Source of the DNA: an uncultured delta proteobacterium
Lineage (GTDB): Bacteria > Desulfobacterota > Binatia > UBA9968
Assembly: GCA_963755715.1 (NCBI GenBank)
Contig: CAVWLW010000032.1
Span: 64,001-128,000, forward strand
DNA length: 64,000 bases
Direction: 5' to 3'
Part shown: positions 40,848 to 49,077 of the stretch, piece by piece
Layout of the letters: every line of letters starts with the position of its first letter
How positions within the stretch are numbered: position 1 is the first letter of the stretch
The notes under the pieces: generated by a model
The model's database searches: none
The model's input: only the letters and a program-made list of their open reading frames with translations
What the model was told of the DNA's origin: nothing
Made by a program: the position numbers and the translations under genes

Positions 40848-40862
40848 TGGCACGGGCATTGC
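40848..40862 (+). promoter_or_regulatory. Sigma54 promoter TGGCACGGGCATTGC
   Basis: Exact match to TGGCACG-N4-TTGC, preceded by an AT-rich tract. Confidence 0.75.
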
Positions 40863-40979
40863 CCCTATACTGATCTAGCCGATAAGCACGATTTTAACCG
40901 ATCAACCCCAAGTAGGCTTTTTATCGGCGCGCTACGTCCAAATGTTGGGCGAGGTTGAACAAAGAAGGAGGGAATTTTT

Positions 40980-41273
40980 ATGATTAGCAAGATAAAGACT
41001 TTGGTTATGGGCGGTCTGGTTACGGGATCTTTGGCGCTGTCGGCCGGTTCTGTGTTTGCGCGGGATTACTGGCATTGGTCTGAGCAGCAACACCGCTGGG
41101 ATCGCCGAGCGGATATCAGAAGCGACTATCGAGATCTAAATCAGGCGAAACGGCAGCTCGAGTACGACCGCGCCCATCACGCCAACCGCAGAGTGATCGC
41201 ACGGGATCTCGAACGCGTTAGTGCGATCGAAAATGATATTCGTGAAGACCGCCATGCATTCAACCGCCGCTAG
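40980..41273 (+). CDS. Small secreted Arg/Asp-rich hypothetical protein
   Basis: GGAGG RBS; Sec signal ending VFA; DYWHWSEQQHRWDRR followed by a charged helix. Confidence 0.8.
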   Translation: MISKIKTLVMGGLVTGSLALSAGSVFARDYWHWSEQQHRWDRRADIRSDYRDLNQAKRQLEYDRAHHANRRVIARDLERVSAIENDIREDRHAFNRR

Positions 41274-41365
41274 CATTTCGGCGGGTGATTAAAGTCGGCA
41301 AAAAACGAACGTAATTCTGCTCGGCGAAGAAGCGATTAGCCAAGCAATTGAGACGGAGGAAGTGA

Positions 41366-41722
41366 ATGAATAGTCATAAACTGAATGTTTTTTTAGTAGG
41401 CGGGCTCGTGGCAGGTTCATTGATCGGCTCGGCTGTTCCGGCTCATGCTGATTGGGATTGGCATCGTTGGTGGGGCCATGAGCGCCGTGATGAGGTCAGA
41501 AACGATCGTCGAGAAATTCAAAACGATAGAAAGGAACTTCGCGACGATCGCGGTGAATTGCGCCAGGACCGGCGTGAGCTTAGGCAAGACTTGCGCAACG
41601 GCGCCGGCCGCGGTGAGATTGAGCAGGACCGCCGGGAGTTGGCAAACGACAGGGCGGAGTTTCAAAGGGACCAAAGAGAACTGAAACAAGATCAACTCGA
41701 GTTTCACCGCGATCGTCGGTAG
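41366..41722 (+). CDS. Small secreted protein with 7-aa charged repeats (DRRELRQ-type)
   Basis: GGAGG RBS; signal ending AHA; DWDWHRWWGH then about 9 heptads of D-R-x-E-L-x-x. Confidence 0.85.
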   Translation: MNSHKLNVFLVGGLVAGSLIGSAVPAHADWDWHRWWGHERRDEVRNDRREIQNDRKELRDDRGELRQDRRELRQDLRNGAGRGEIEQDRRELANDRAEFQRDQRELKQDQLEFHRDRR

Positions 41723-41744
41723 TTTGATGCATTGTTAAATTTAC

Positions 41745-41777
41745 AGCCCGGCCGCCTTTTGGCGGCCGGGCTTTTTT
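41745..41777 (+). terminator. Rho-independent terminator
   Basis: 12-bp stem AGCCCGGCCGCC-TTTT-GGCGGCCGGGCT followed by a T-run. Confidence 0.9.
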
Positions 41778-41824
41778 GTGCCATATGGAATGGCGGGCGC
41801 CCCTTCTTAGACAAATTCGTTTAT

Positions 41825-44038
41825 TTAAGCAGATTGCGATAGGGCCGTTTTTATTCGTTCCGGCGTGAACGGCACATCGCGCAGGCGAACGCCCGTGGCG
41901 TCGAAGATCGCGTTGGCGATCGCCGCTGGAATGGCGCTGGTAGTTGCTTCGCCCGCGCCGACAGCGAGTTGATCCGGGCGGTCAATGAGCTCGACGATAA
42001 CATCGGGGATCTCGGGAAAGCGCAGAATCGGATAAAGCGCCCAATCGAGACTCGTTACCTTCGCTCGATCGAATTTAACTTCTTCTTTTAGCGCTCGACT
42101 GGTCGCTTGGATTACATTGCCTTCGATCTGGTTTCTCAGCCCGTTGGGATTGATAATCAGACCGCAATCATGGGCGATCACGACGCGCTTCACGCGTACT
42201 TCGCCGTTTGCGAGATTGACGTCGACATCGGTCACGGCCGCAACATAAGCTTCGGTTCTGTCGTATTGCACAAAAGCAACGCCGCGCCCGCTTTTCACTC
42301 CCGTTTGTTGTGACGGCTCCCGGTTGGGCCAGCCGGCACGTTTGGCCACCACTTCCAAAACAGCTTTGGCGCGCGCGTCGTTGAGATGGCGCAAGCGAAA
42401 CTCGATGGGGTCAATGCCGGCGGCCGTCGCTAGTTCATCGATAAAAGATTCATTCGCGAAGGTATTTTGCGGTGAGCCGAGTCCGCGCAGCGCCGAAGCG
42501 CGCAGGGGACTAGAACGAAGCCAGTGGACCACCACCCGGTTGTTCTTGAAATTGTACGTGTGATTGGCGTTGCGATCGGCGCCCGACTGGTTGGGCGTGC
42601 CCGATGCGTTGCCGGTGAGCGTGCCGGCAAGCAGACTGCCGGCGCTGCCGTTGGGCCGGCTCGAATGAGTCGGCGTCCAACCCTGGAAGTCCCAGGCGAC
42701 GACGTTGCCTGCTTGATCCAAGCCGCCGCGCACTTCCATGACCATAGCCGGTCCGAGCGGCTCCCAAACGTGCTCGTCCTGACGCATCCACTGCACGCGC
42801 ACGGGTTTACCGACGGCTTGTGAGAGCAGAGCCGCATCCGCGGCGGCGTCATCCGCGCCGTTGTGGCCGTAGCAGCCGGCCGCTTCGATATAAATGACTC
42901 GAACATTGGCCGGAGAAATTCCCAGCAACTGCGCGATCGTCGGGCGCAACTGGTGCGCTCCCTGGGTTGCCGACCAGACGGTCGCCGCACCGCTGGTGAC
43001 TTCGGCGACGGCGCAAGATGGGCCGATGGAAGCGTGCAACTGGTAAGGCCAATGATAAGTCGCCTTGAAAGTCTTGGCCGACCCGCTCAGAGCGGTTTCC
43101 ACATCGCCGGACTCCGCTGCCGCTTTATCATTGGCGGGAATTTTTTTCAGGAGATCGAAAAGCTCGGCGCTGGCCGGCAGGCGCTGCTCGTCTTGCCAAG
43201 TGACTTTCAGCTCGCGCGCCGCCCGTATCGCCTGCTCCTCGCGTTGACACACGACGCCAGCGAAGTTTTCTTTCACGACTATTTTTACCACACCGGGAAT
43301 TGTTTTGAGCGATGCTTCGTCGACACTCGTGAGCTTGGCGCCGACGCTGGCCGGATGGATCACTCGGCCGTGCAGCATTCCCGCTAGACGAAAATTTTGC
43401 AGATAAAGATGTTCGCCAGTGACTTTTGCCGGGATGTCAACACGCGCGATCGACTGACCGACAAACTTGTAGTCACGGGGAATTTTTGCTTTGACCTTGC
43501 CGCTTATCGCGCGGTTAAACGCCGTGCCGTTGAGCAAATCGGCGTAAGTGACTTTTTTCTTTGCATCGTCACCGACGCTGATCACGCCTCGAACGATCCT
43601 CAGCGATTCGACCGGCGCATGCAACTGCGTCGCTGCGAGTGATAATAACGTCGCCTTCGCTTCAGCCGCAGCCTGGCGCAGCTGACTGCCGCCGCGCTTG
43701 ATGGTCTGGCTGCCGAAGGTGGGCGCCTGATCGACGGTGTTAGCCGTGTCGCCCTGGATCCAAGTGATTTTTTCGAAAGGAAAATCGAGCTCGTCGGCGA
43801 CGATTTGACGCAGCGAGGTCGACACACCCGTGCCCAGCTCGACTTTGCCGGTCATCACGGTGATCGTGCCGTCGTTCTGTATGATCAGCCATGAGTCGAG
43901 TTGGTCAGGCGGCAGTGGCCCACCGGAAGTTCGCAATGCTGGCGTGCCTTGGGCTTCGGTATCGAGCGGAAAACCGAATGCGACGACGAGTGCACCGGTA
44001 ACCTTGAGAAATTGTCGGCGGGTGATCTCGAGGTTCAT
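41825..44038 (-). CDS. Xanthine dehydrogenase family molybdopterin-binding subunit (IorB-like), Tat signal
   Basis: ITRRQFLK; GKVELGTG, PTFGSQT, HASIGPSCAVA, GCYGHNGADD, LRGLG, DCGLIINP..LRNQIEG, GAGE. Confidence 0.92.
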   Translation of the reverse strand: MNLEITRRQFLKVTGALVVAFGFPLDTEAQGTPALRTSGGPLPPDQLDSWLIIQNDGTITVMTGKVELGTGVSTSLRQIVADELDFPFEKITWIQGDTANTVDQAPTFGSQTIKRGGSQLRQAAAEAKATLLSLAATQLHAPVESLRIVRGVISVGDDAKKKVTYADLLNGTAFNRAISGKVKAKIPRDYKFVGQSIARVDIPAKVTGEHLYLQNFRLAGMLHGRVIHPASVGAKLTSVDEASLKTIPGVVKIVVKENFAGVVCQREEQAIRAARELKVTWQDEQRLPASAELFDLLKKIPANDKAAAESGDVETALSGSAKTFKATYHWPYQLHASIGPSCAVAEVTSGAATVWSATQGAHQLRPTIAQLLGISPANVRVIYIEAAGCYGHNGADDAAADAALLSQAVGKPVRVQWMRQDEHVWEPLGPAMVMEVRGGLDQAGNVVAWDFQGWTPTHSSRPNGSAGSLLAGTLTGNASGTPNQSGADRNANHTYNFKNNRVVVHWLRSSPLRASALRGLGSPQNTFANESFIDELATAAGIDPIEFRLRHLNDARAKAVLEVVAKRAGWPNREPSQQTGVKSGRGVAFVQYDRTEAYVAAVTDVDVNLANGEVRVKRVVIAHDCGLIINPNGLRNQIEGNVIQATSRALKEEVKFDRAKVTSLDWALYPILRFPEIPDVIVELIDRPDQLAVGAGEATTSAIPAAIANAIFDATGVRLRDVPFTPERIKTALSQSA

Positions 44039-44085
44039 ATGATTGTTCGTCACTTTCGGCCGAGTTGATTCCCTCCGGTACCCGG

Positions 44086-45069
44086 TCATCTTCTGGCGCG
44101 CTCGGCAAACGACCAATCGTAGACGACTTGCGGTCTGACGGTGATTTTTTCCTTGGCGCGAAAAGTACCGACGGCGATCCATTCTTCGACGACGGAGTCG
44201 GGCAACGTCAACTCGGGATTATATTGGTCGCGATAGACGGGATAGAATCTTTCCGCCGCGGCGCGGTCGAGCTTGAGCAATTTTTCGAGCAAACCGACGC
44301 CGATTTCGCGCTGGCTCTGTAAAAACAATATGGCCGAGCGTTGGCCGCGCAAAACGCGCACGATCTCATCCGGCTCTTTGTCGATTTTGCGCTGGGTCGT
44401 GCTCAGGCCGACGATGGGTATGCGGACGAATTCCGCCGTCTCCTTGACCGATAAGAGCGTCTTGAAGCCGCGCTGCTCGGCGCGATATTCGAATGGGCTG
44501 TTGACGACAGTCGCATCGACCGAACCGCCGACGAGCGCGGCAAAGCGCGCATCGGGGCTGCCGGCGATCGCTTGCAAGGTGACGTCTTTGTTCGGATCCA
44601 GGCCATTGCGGCTGAGCAGTTGATAAATCGCAAAATCGGCCGAGCTGCCGAAAGTGTTGATCGCGATTCGTTTTCCCTTGAGCGCTTTGACGCTGTCGAT
44701 TTCGGGCCGGGAAATAATCGCGTAACCGCTCGCCTTGGTGGTGACGCCGACGATTTTCACCGGCAAACCGCGCGTCGCCGCGCCGGCGATGAACGGTAAA
44801 ATGGTCACGTAGTCGAGTTCGTTGGCCAGCAGCGCGCTCAGCATCAGATTGGTGCCCTGAAACTGAATGTAGCGGACCCGGAGTCCTTCCTTTTCAAAAA
44901 AGCCACGTTCAGCCGCGATGCGGTCGGGTAGCGCCGTCCAGGCGGAGCCACCGGTCCAACCGATGTTGAGGACTTTGGATTCGGCGGCAAATACCGCTGA
45001 CGTGGCCAAGACGGCTAGGAAGATTGCCGCAACCCTAATGCAGGCGGCATGGCTGAATTTCGCGAGCAT
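44086..45069 (-). CDS. ABC substrate-binding protein (NMT1/TauA/SsuA family)
   Basis: Signal peptide; AAERGFFEKEGL, LKGKRIAINTFGSSAD, GLDPNKDV, ARFAALVGGSVDA. Confidence 0.9.
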   Translation of the reverse strand: MLAKFSHAACIRVAAIFLAVLATSAVFAAESKVLNIGWTGGSAWTALPDRIAAERGFFEKEGLRVRYIQFQGTNLMLSALLANELDYVTILPFIAGAATRGLPVKIVGVTTKASGYAIISRPEIDSVKALKGKRIAINTFGSSADFAIYQLLSRNGLDPNKDVTLQAIAGSPDARFAALVGGSVDATVVNSPFEYRAEQRGFKTLLSVKETAEFVRIPIVGLSTTQRKIDKEPDEIVRVLRGQRSAILFLQSQREIGVGLLEKLLKLDRAAAERFYPVYRDQYNPELTLPDSVVEEWIAVGTFRAKEKITVRPQVVYDWSFAERARR

Positions 45070-45086
45070 GGCGAAGGTGTTTGACT

Positions 45087-45824
45087 TTATCCAGCCGCGG
45101 CTTGCTTCGTGGATACTTCGCCGAGGTGTTGTTTGAAAAAATCCAACGTGCGCGCCCAGGAAGTTGTGTCCGCTTCCGGTCGATAGCCATGCCAGCCGCT
45201 GCGGTTAAAACCGTGCGGCGCGTCGGCATAGTAGAAAAACTCGTGCGCTTTGCCGAGCTTAGTCAGCTCGGCCCCAAGCCGGCGCATTTCGTCCGGCGGT
45301 GGATTTTTGTCGAGCTCGCCAAAGTGGCCTTGAATCGGGCAGGAGACGTTGGCCGCAAGGGTCGCCGGCGCGGGGCGTTCGCCCCATTGTTGATAGGTGC
45401 CGCCGCCGTAAAAATCCACGGCGGCTTTGAATGAGCCGGTTGCCGCGGCGGCAAGGAAGGCAATGCGCCCGCCCATACAAAAGCCGACGATGCCCAGCCT
45501 GGACGTATCGGCGTTGGCGCAGCCTTTGAGAAAATTGACCGTGGCGTTGATATCGTTTAGGACATTGATATCGCGCCGGGTATTTTTGAAGTTGGCGGTT
45601 TCCTCGGGCGTTTTCGGTTCGCCCTCGCGATGGTAAAACTGCGGCGCGATGCCGATATAACCGGCCGCCGCGACGCGCCGGGTCATCTCTTGCGTGAACG
45701 CGGCAACGCCGTCCTGGTTCTGCGCGACGATGATGGCCGGAAATGGACCCGGTCCGTCAGGCTGGCTCAAGTAAAGTCCCATCGGGCTGTGATCGACGGT
45801 CACTGTTTCCCAAGAATTTTTCAT
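45087..45824 (-). CDS. Dienelactone hydrolase family protein (no signal peptide)
   Basis: GPFPAIIV, LGIVGFCMGGR, GHFGELD, DAPHGF; GGAGG RBS. Confidence 0.92.
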   Translation of the reverse strand: MKNSWETVTVDHSPMGLYLSQPDGPGPFPAIIVAQNQDGVAAFTQEMTRRVAAAGYIGIAPQFYHREGEPKTPEETANFKNTRRDINVLNDINATVNFLKGCANADTSRLGIVGFCMGGRIAFLAAAATGSFKAAVDFYGGGTYQQWGERPAPATLAANVSCPIQGHFGELDKNPPPDEMRRLGAELTKLGKAHEFFYYADAPHGFNRSGWHGYRPEADTTSWARTLDFFKQHLGEVSTKQAAAG

Positions 45825-45969
45825 AAGCAGTCCTCCGTAAGTACGTCGGTTGGATTGGTCTTTCAATTAGTCCCTCGTTGGATTCGTGTCAATGGCAAAA
45901 GGGGATGAGCGCGCAGTCGATTTTCGACATCGCTTCCTTGGCGCGCGGAACGGTGTTAGATTTGCACGA

Positions 45970-47479
45970 ATGAATTTTTCGAGCCTATATTTTCACTTTT
46001 CGTGGTCGCGCCGAAACCGTCGTCGCGCCCGGCATTTTTTGGCCGCCGGCATCGCCGCCGCCTTTATCTGCGTCATTTTGGCGCCGCGCTATGTTGACGC
46101 CGCCCAAAAGAAAACCGCGAACCGGGACAATGCACCAGCGAAGCCGAGTCAAGCCGCAGAGACCGATCGCTCGGCGAAGTCGCCGCATGAGACAAAATCT
46201 TACGAGATCGCCTTCAAAGAATTCAAACTCACAGAACGGCCTGCGCGTGCTTCTCGCCGAAGACCATAGCGCGCCGACCTATTCCATTTGCGTCACGTAC
46301 AACGTCGGCTCGCGCGATGAGCGGCCCGGTCGAACGGGGTTCGCCCATTTATTCGAGCATATGTTGTTTCAGGGCTCGGCGAACGTCGGCAAGGGCGAGC
46401 ACTTCATTCTGATTCAAAACAACGGCGGCAGCGCCAACGGCACGACCAATATGGACCGCACGAATTATTTCGAGACTCTGCCGGCCAATCAATTGGAGTT
46501 GGGGATTTTTCTCGAGGCCGACCGCATGCGCGCTGCGGCGATCACTCAGGCCAATTTCGATAATCAACGGTTGACCGTGCAGGAAGAGCGGCGCCAAAGC
46601 TACGACAACCGCCCGTACGGAAAAACCTATGAGGCGGTCATCGACCTGGCTTACGACAATTTTGCCTATAAACACTCGACGATCGGCTCTATGGACGATC
46701 TCAACGCCGCGACGATCGAAGACGCCGAGCTTTTTTTTCGCTCCTATTACGCGCCGAACAACGCGGTGGTCGCGCTGGTCGGCGATTTCAAGACCGACGT
46801 CGCGCTCCGTCTGGTCAAAAAATATTTCGAAAACATTGCGCCGCAAAAAACGCCGAAAGCGCCGGACATGACGGAGCCCGAGCAAAAAGGCGAACGGCGT
46901 AAAGTTATCGAGGACAACTTTGCGCGCACGCCGCGCCTCGATATCGTCTATAAAATCCCCCCCGGAAATACGGCCGATTGGTATGCCCTCGATGTTCTGG
47001 GTTACGTGCTTTCGAACGGCGTGTCATCCCGCCTGTATCAAAAGTTTGTCAAAGAAAAAGAGCTGGCGTTGAGGGTCGAGGCCGACGCCAACGAACTGCG
47101 CGGCCCGTCGCTGTTTTGGTTCAGTATTATGGCCCGGCCGACGACCGACCTCGGCGCGTTGGAGACCCTATTGTATGACGAGATTGCGCGGCTGCAAAAG
47201 GAGCCGATCGCGGATTGGGAGCTCGCCAAAGTACAAATGCAGCTGCGCCGCCAGCGTGCGCAACAGACTTACAGCAGTCGCTCGCGCGCCAATTCTCTGG
47301 GCCACTTTGCAGTTTTTTATAACGATCCGGGATTGATCAATTCGATCTGGAGCCGTTACGAGCAAATCACCAAAGCCGATCTCCAAAGGGTCGCGCAGAC
47401 CTATTTTCGTGAAAGCAATCGCACCGTCGTCACGACCCTGCCGAAGTCGGCGGCCGGAGAGAGCGGTAAAATTCAATGA
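45970..47479 (+). CDS. M16 family zinc protease, catalytic subunit, secreted; frameshift near 46232
   Basis: Signal-like N-terminus and EIAFKEFKL in one frame, NGLRVLL...VGSRDE...GFAHLFEHMLF (HxxEH) in the next. Confidence 0.88.
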
Positions 47480-48981
47480 ATGGGCACGGCAAAAGCTGGG
47501 ATATTTGGCTGACGCTCGGCCGCTGCCTGATTGTCGCCGTGACGATCGTCGCGGCGCCGCCATTGCTACCCGGCCAAGAGTCGATCAGCACGCCGCCGAG
47601 CAAGGTCGAACGCAAAAATAAAGCCCCGGTCTCGCGGGAAATTCTGCGTGTTAAACTGCCGAAGCCGGTCGAGGCCAAGCTCAAAAACGGCCTGACCGTG
47701 CTCATTCTTGAAGATCATCGGGCGCCGTTCGTCAATGTGCAGCTGTACATCGGTGGCGCCGGCGCGCTATTCGAGCCTGCCGATATGGCCGGCTTGGCCA
47801 GCACCACGGCGCACATGCTGCGCGAAGGAAGCCAAACACGGACGAGCATCCAGATCGCTGAGGAGATCGATCGCCTCGGCGCGTCGCTCAGCGCCGGCGC
47901 GTCGTTTGGTTCACCGGACGCGGTGTTGAGCGCGTCGGGGCTGAGCGACAACTTCGATCAATGGTTCAGCGTGGCGACAGATGTCTTGTTGCACCCGAGT
48001 TTTCCCGTCGAGGAGCTGGAGAAAATGAAACAGCGTCAGCGGGTGCAGTTGCGCGAACAGCGCTCGGCGCCGGGCTTTCTGCTGGACGAACGGTTTCATC
48101 GTGCCGTCTACGGCGAGCATCCGGCGGCGAACGTCGCGCCTACCTTAGCCTCGCTCGATGCGATCAGCCAAGCGGCGCTGATCCAATGGCACCGTGAGCG
48201 CTATGCGCCGCAGGACGCGATCCTCGGCATCGCCGGCGACGTGCGCGCGAAAAATCTGATTGCTAAGTTGGAAAAACAACTGGCGGGTTGGAAAAAAACC
48301 GAAGTCACAGAGACCTGGCCGCGCAATCCAACCGCCGCCACCGAGCGCAAGGTGTTCTTGGTAGACCGGCCAAATTCAGTGCAAACCACGCTGGCGCTCG
48401 GGAACATCGCCATCGACCGGCTCAATCCGGACTACACGTCGATGGTGGTCATGAATCACGTGATCGGCGGCGGTGCCTCGTCGCGCTTGTTTCTGAATCT
48501 GCGCGAAGAGAAAGGTTACACTTACGGTGTCTACAGCGATTTCAGCGCGCTCAGATATCCGGGGCCCTGGCGCGCCGGCGGCAACCTGCGTACCGAAGTC
48601 ACCCAAGGCGCCCTCACGGAATTTTTTAACGAGATTCGCCGCATCCAAGACGAAAAGGTTCCAGCCGCAGAGCTGGAAGCGAGCAAGCGCTCGATTGTCG
48701 CAAGTTTTGCGCTGTCTCTGGAACAACCAGCGCGCGTGCTCGGCTTTGCCATCGCGATCAAACTCTATGGTCTTCCCGCCGATTATTGGGATGCTTATCC
48801 GGCAAAGATTATGGCGGTGAGCGCTGACGACGTGCAGCGTGTCGCGCGCAAATATTTGAATCCGGATAGCTTGCAAGTTGTCGCCGTCGGCGACGCCGAT
48901 AAAATCAAGCCGATCTTGGAACAGTACGGCAAGGTGGAAGTTTTCGACGCCAACGGCGTACCGCTCGGCGCCAAGCCTTGA
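47476..48981 (+). CDS. M16 family peptidase, non-catalytic partner subunit
   Basis: LKNGLTVL, no HxxEH (TTAHML), SRLFLNLREEKGYTYG; ATGA overlap with the upstream subunit. Confidence 0.9.
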   Translation: MNGHGKSWDIWLTLGRCLIVAVTIVAAPPLLPGQESISTPPSKVERKNKAPVSREILRVKLPKPVEAKLKNGLTVLILEDHRAPFVNVQLYIGGAGALFEPADMAGLASTTAHMLREGSQTRTSIQIAEEIDRLGASLSAGASFGSPDAVLSASGLSDNFDQWFSVATDVLLHPSFPVEELEKMKQRQRVQLREQRSAPGFLLDERFHRAVYGEHPAANVAPTLASLDAISQAALIQWHRERYAPQDAILGIAGDVRAKNLIAKLEKQLAGWKKTEVTETWPRNPTAATERKVFLVDRPNSVQTTLALGNIAIDRLNPDYTSMVVMNHVIGGGASSRLFLNLREEKGYTYGVYSDFSALRYPGPWRAGGNLRTEVTQGALTEFFNEIRRIQDEKVPAAELEASKRSIVASFALSLEQPARVLGFAIAIKLYGLPADYWDAYPAKIMAVSADDVQRVARKYLNPDSLQVVAVGDADKIKPILEQYGKVEVFDANGVPLGAKP

Positions 48982-49077
48982 GTGCCGCCAGACCGTAGCC
49001 ACACTGCTATCTCTTGTTTCCGATGCCCTTCTGCAAATATACTTCGGGCGCGATCCAATCGAATAACGGAGCCTAAA

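Noticed and set aside
41480-41720. CRISPR array or DNA tandem repeat
   Set aside because: The 21-nt periodicity is degenerate at the DNA level and reflects protein heptads; there are no spacers or cas genes.
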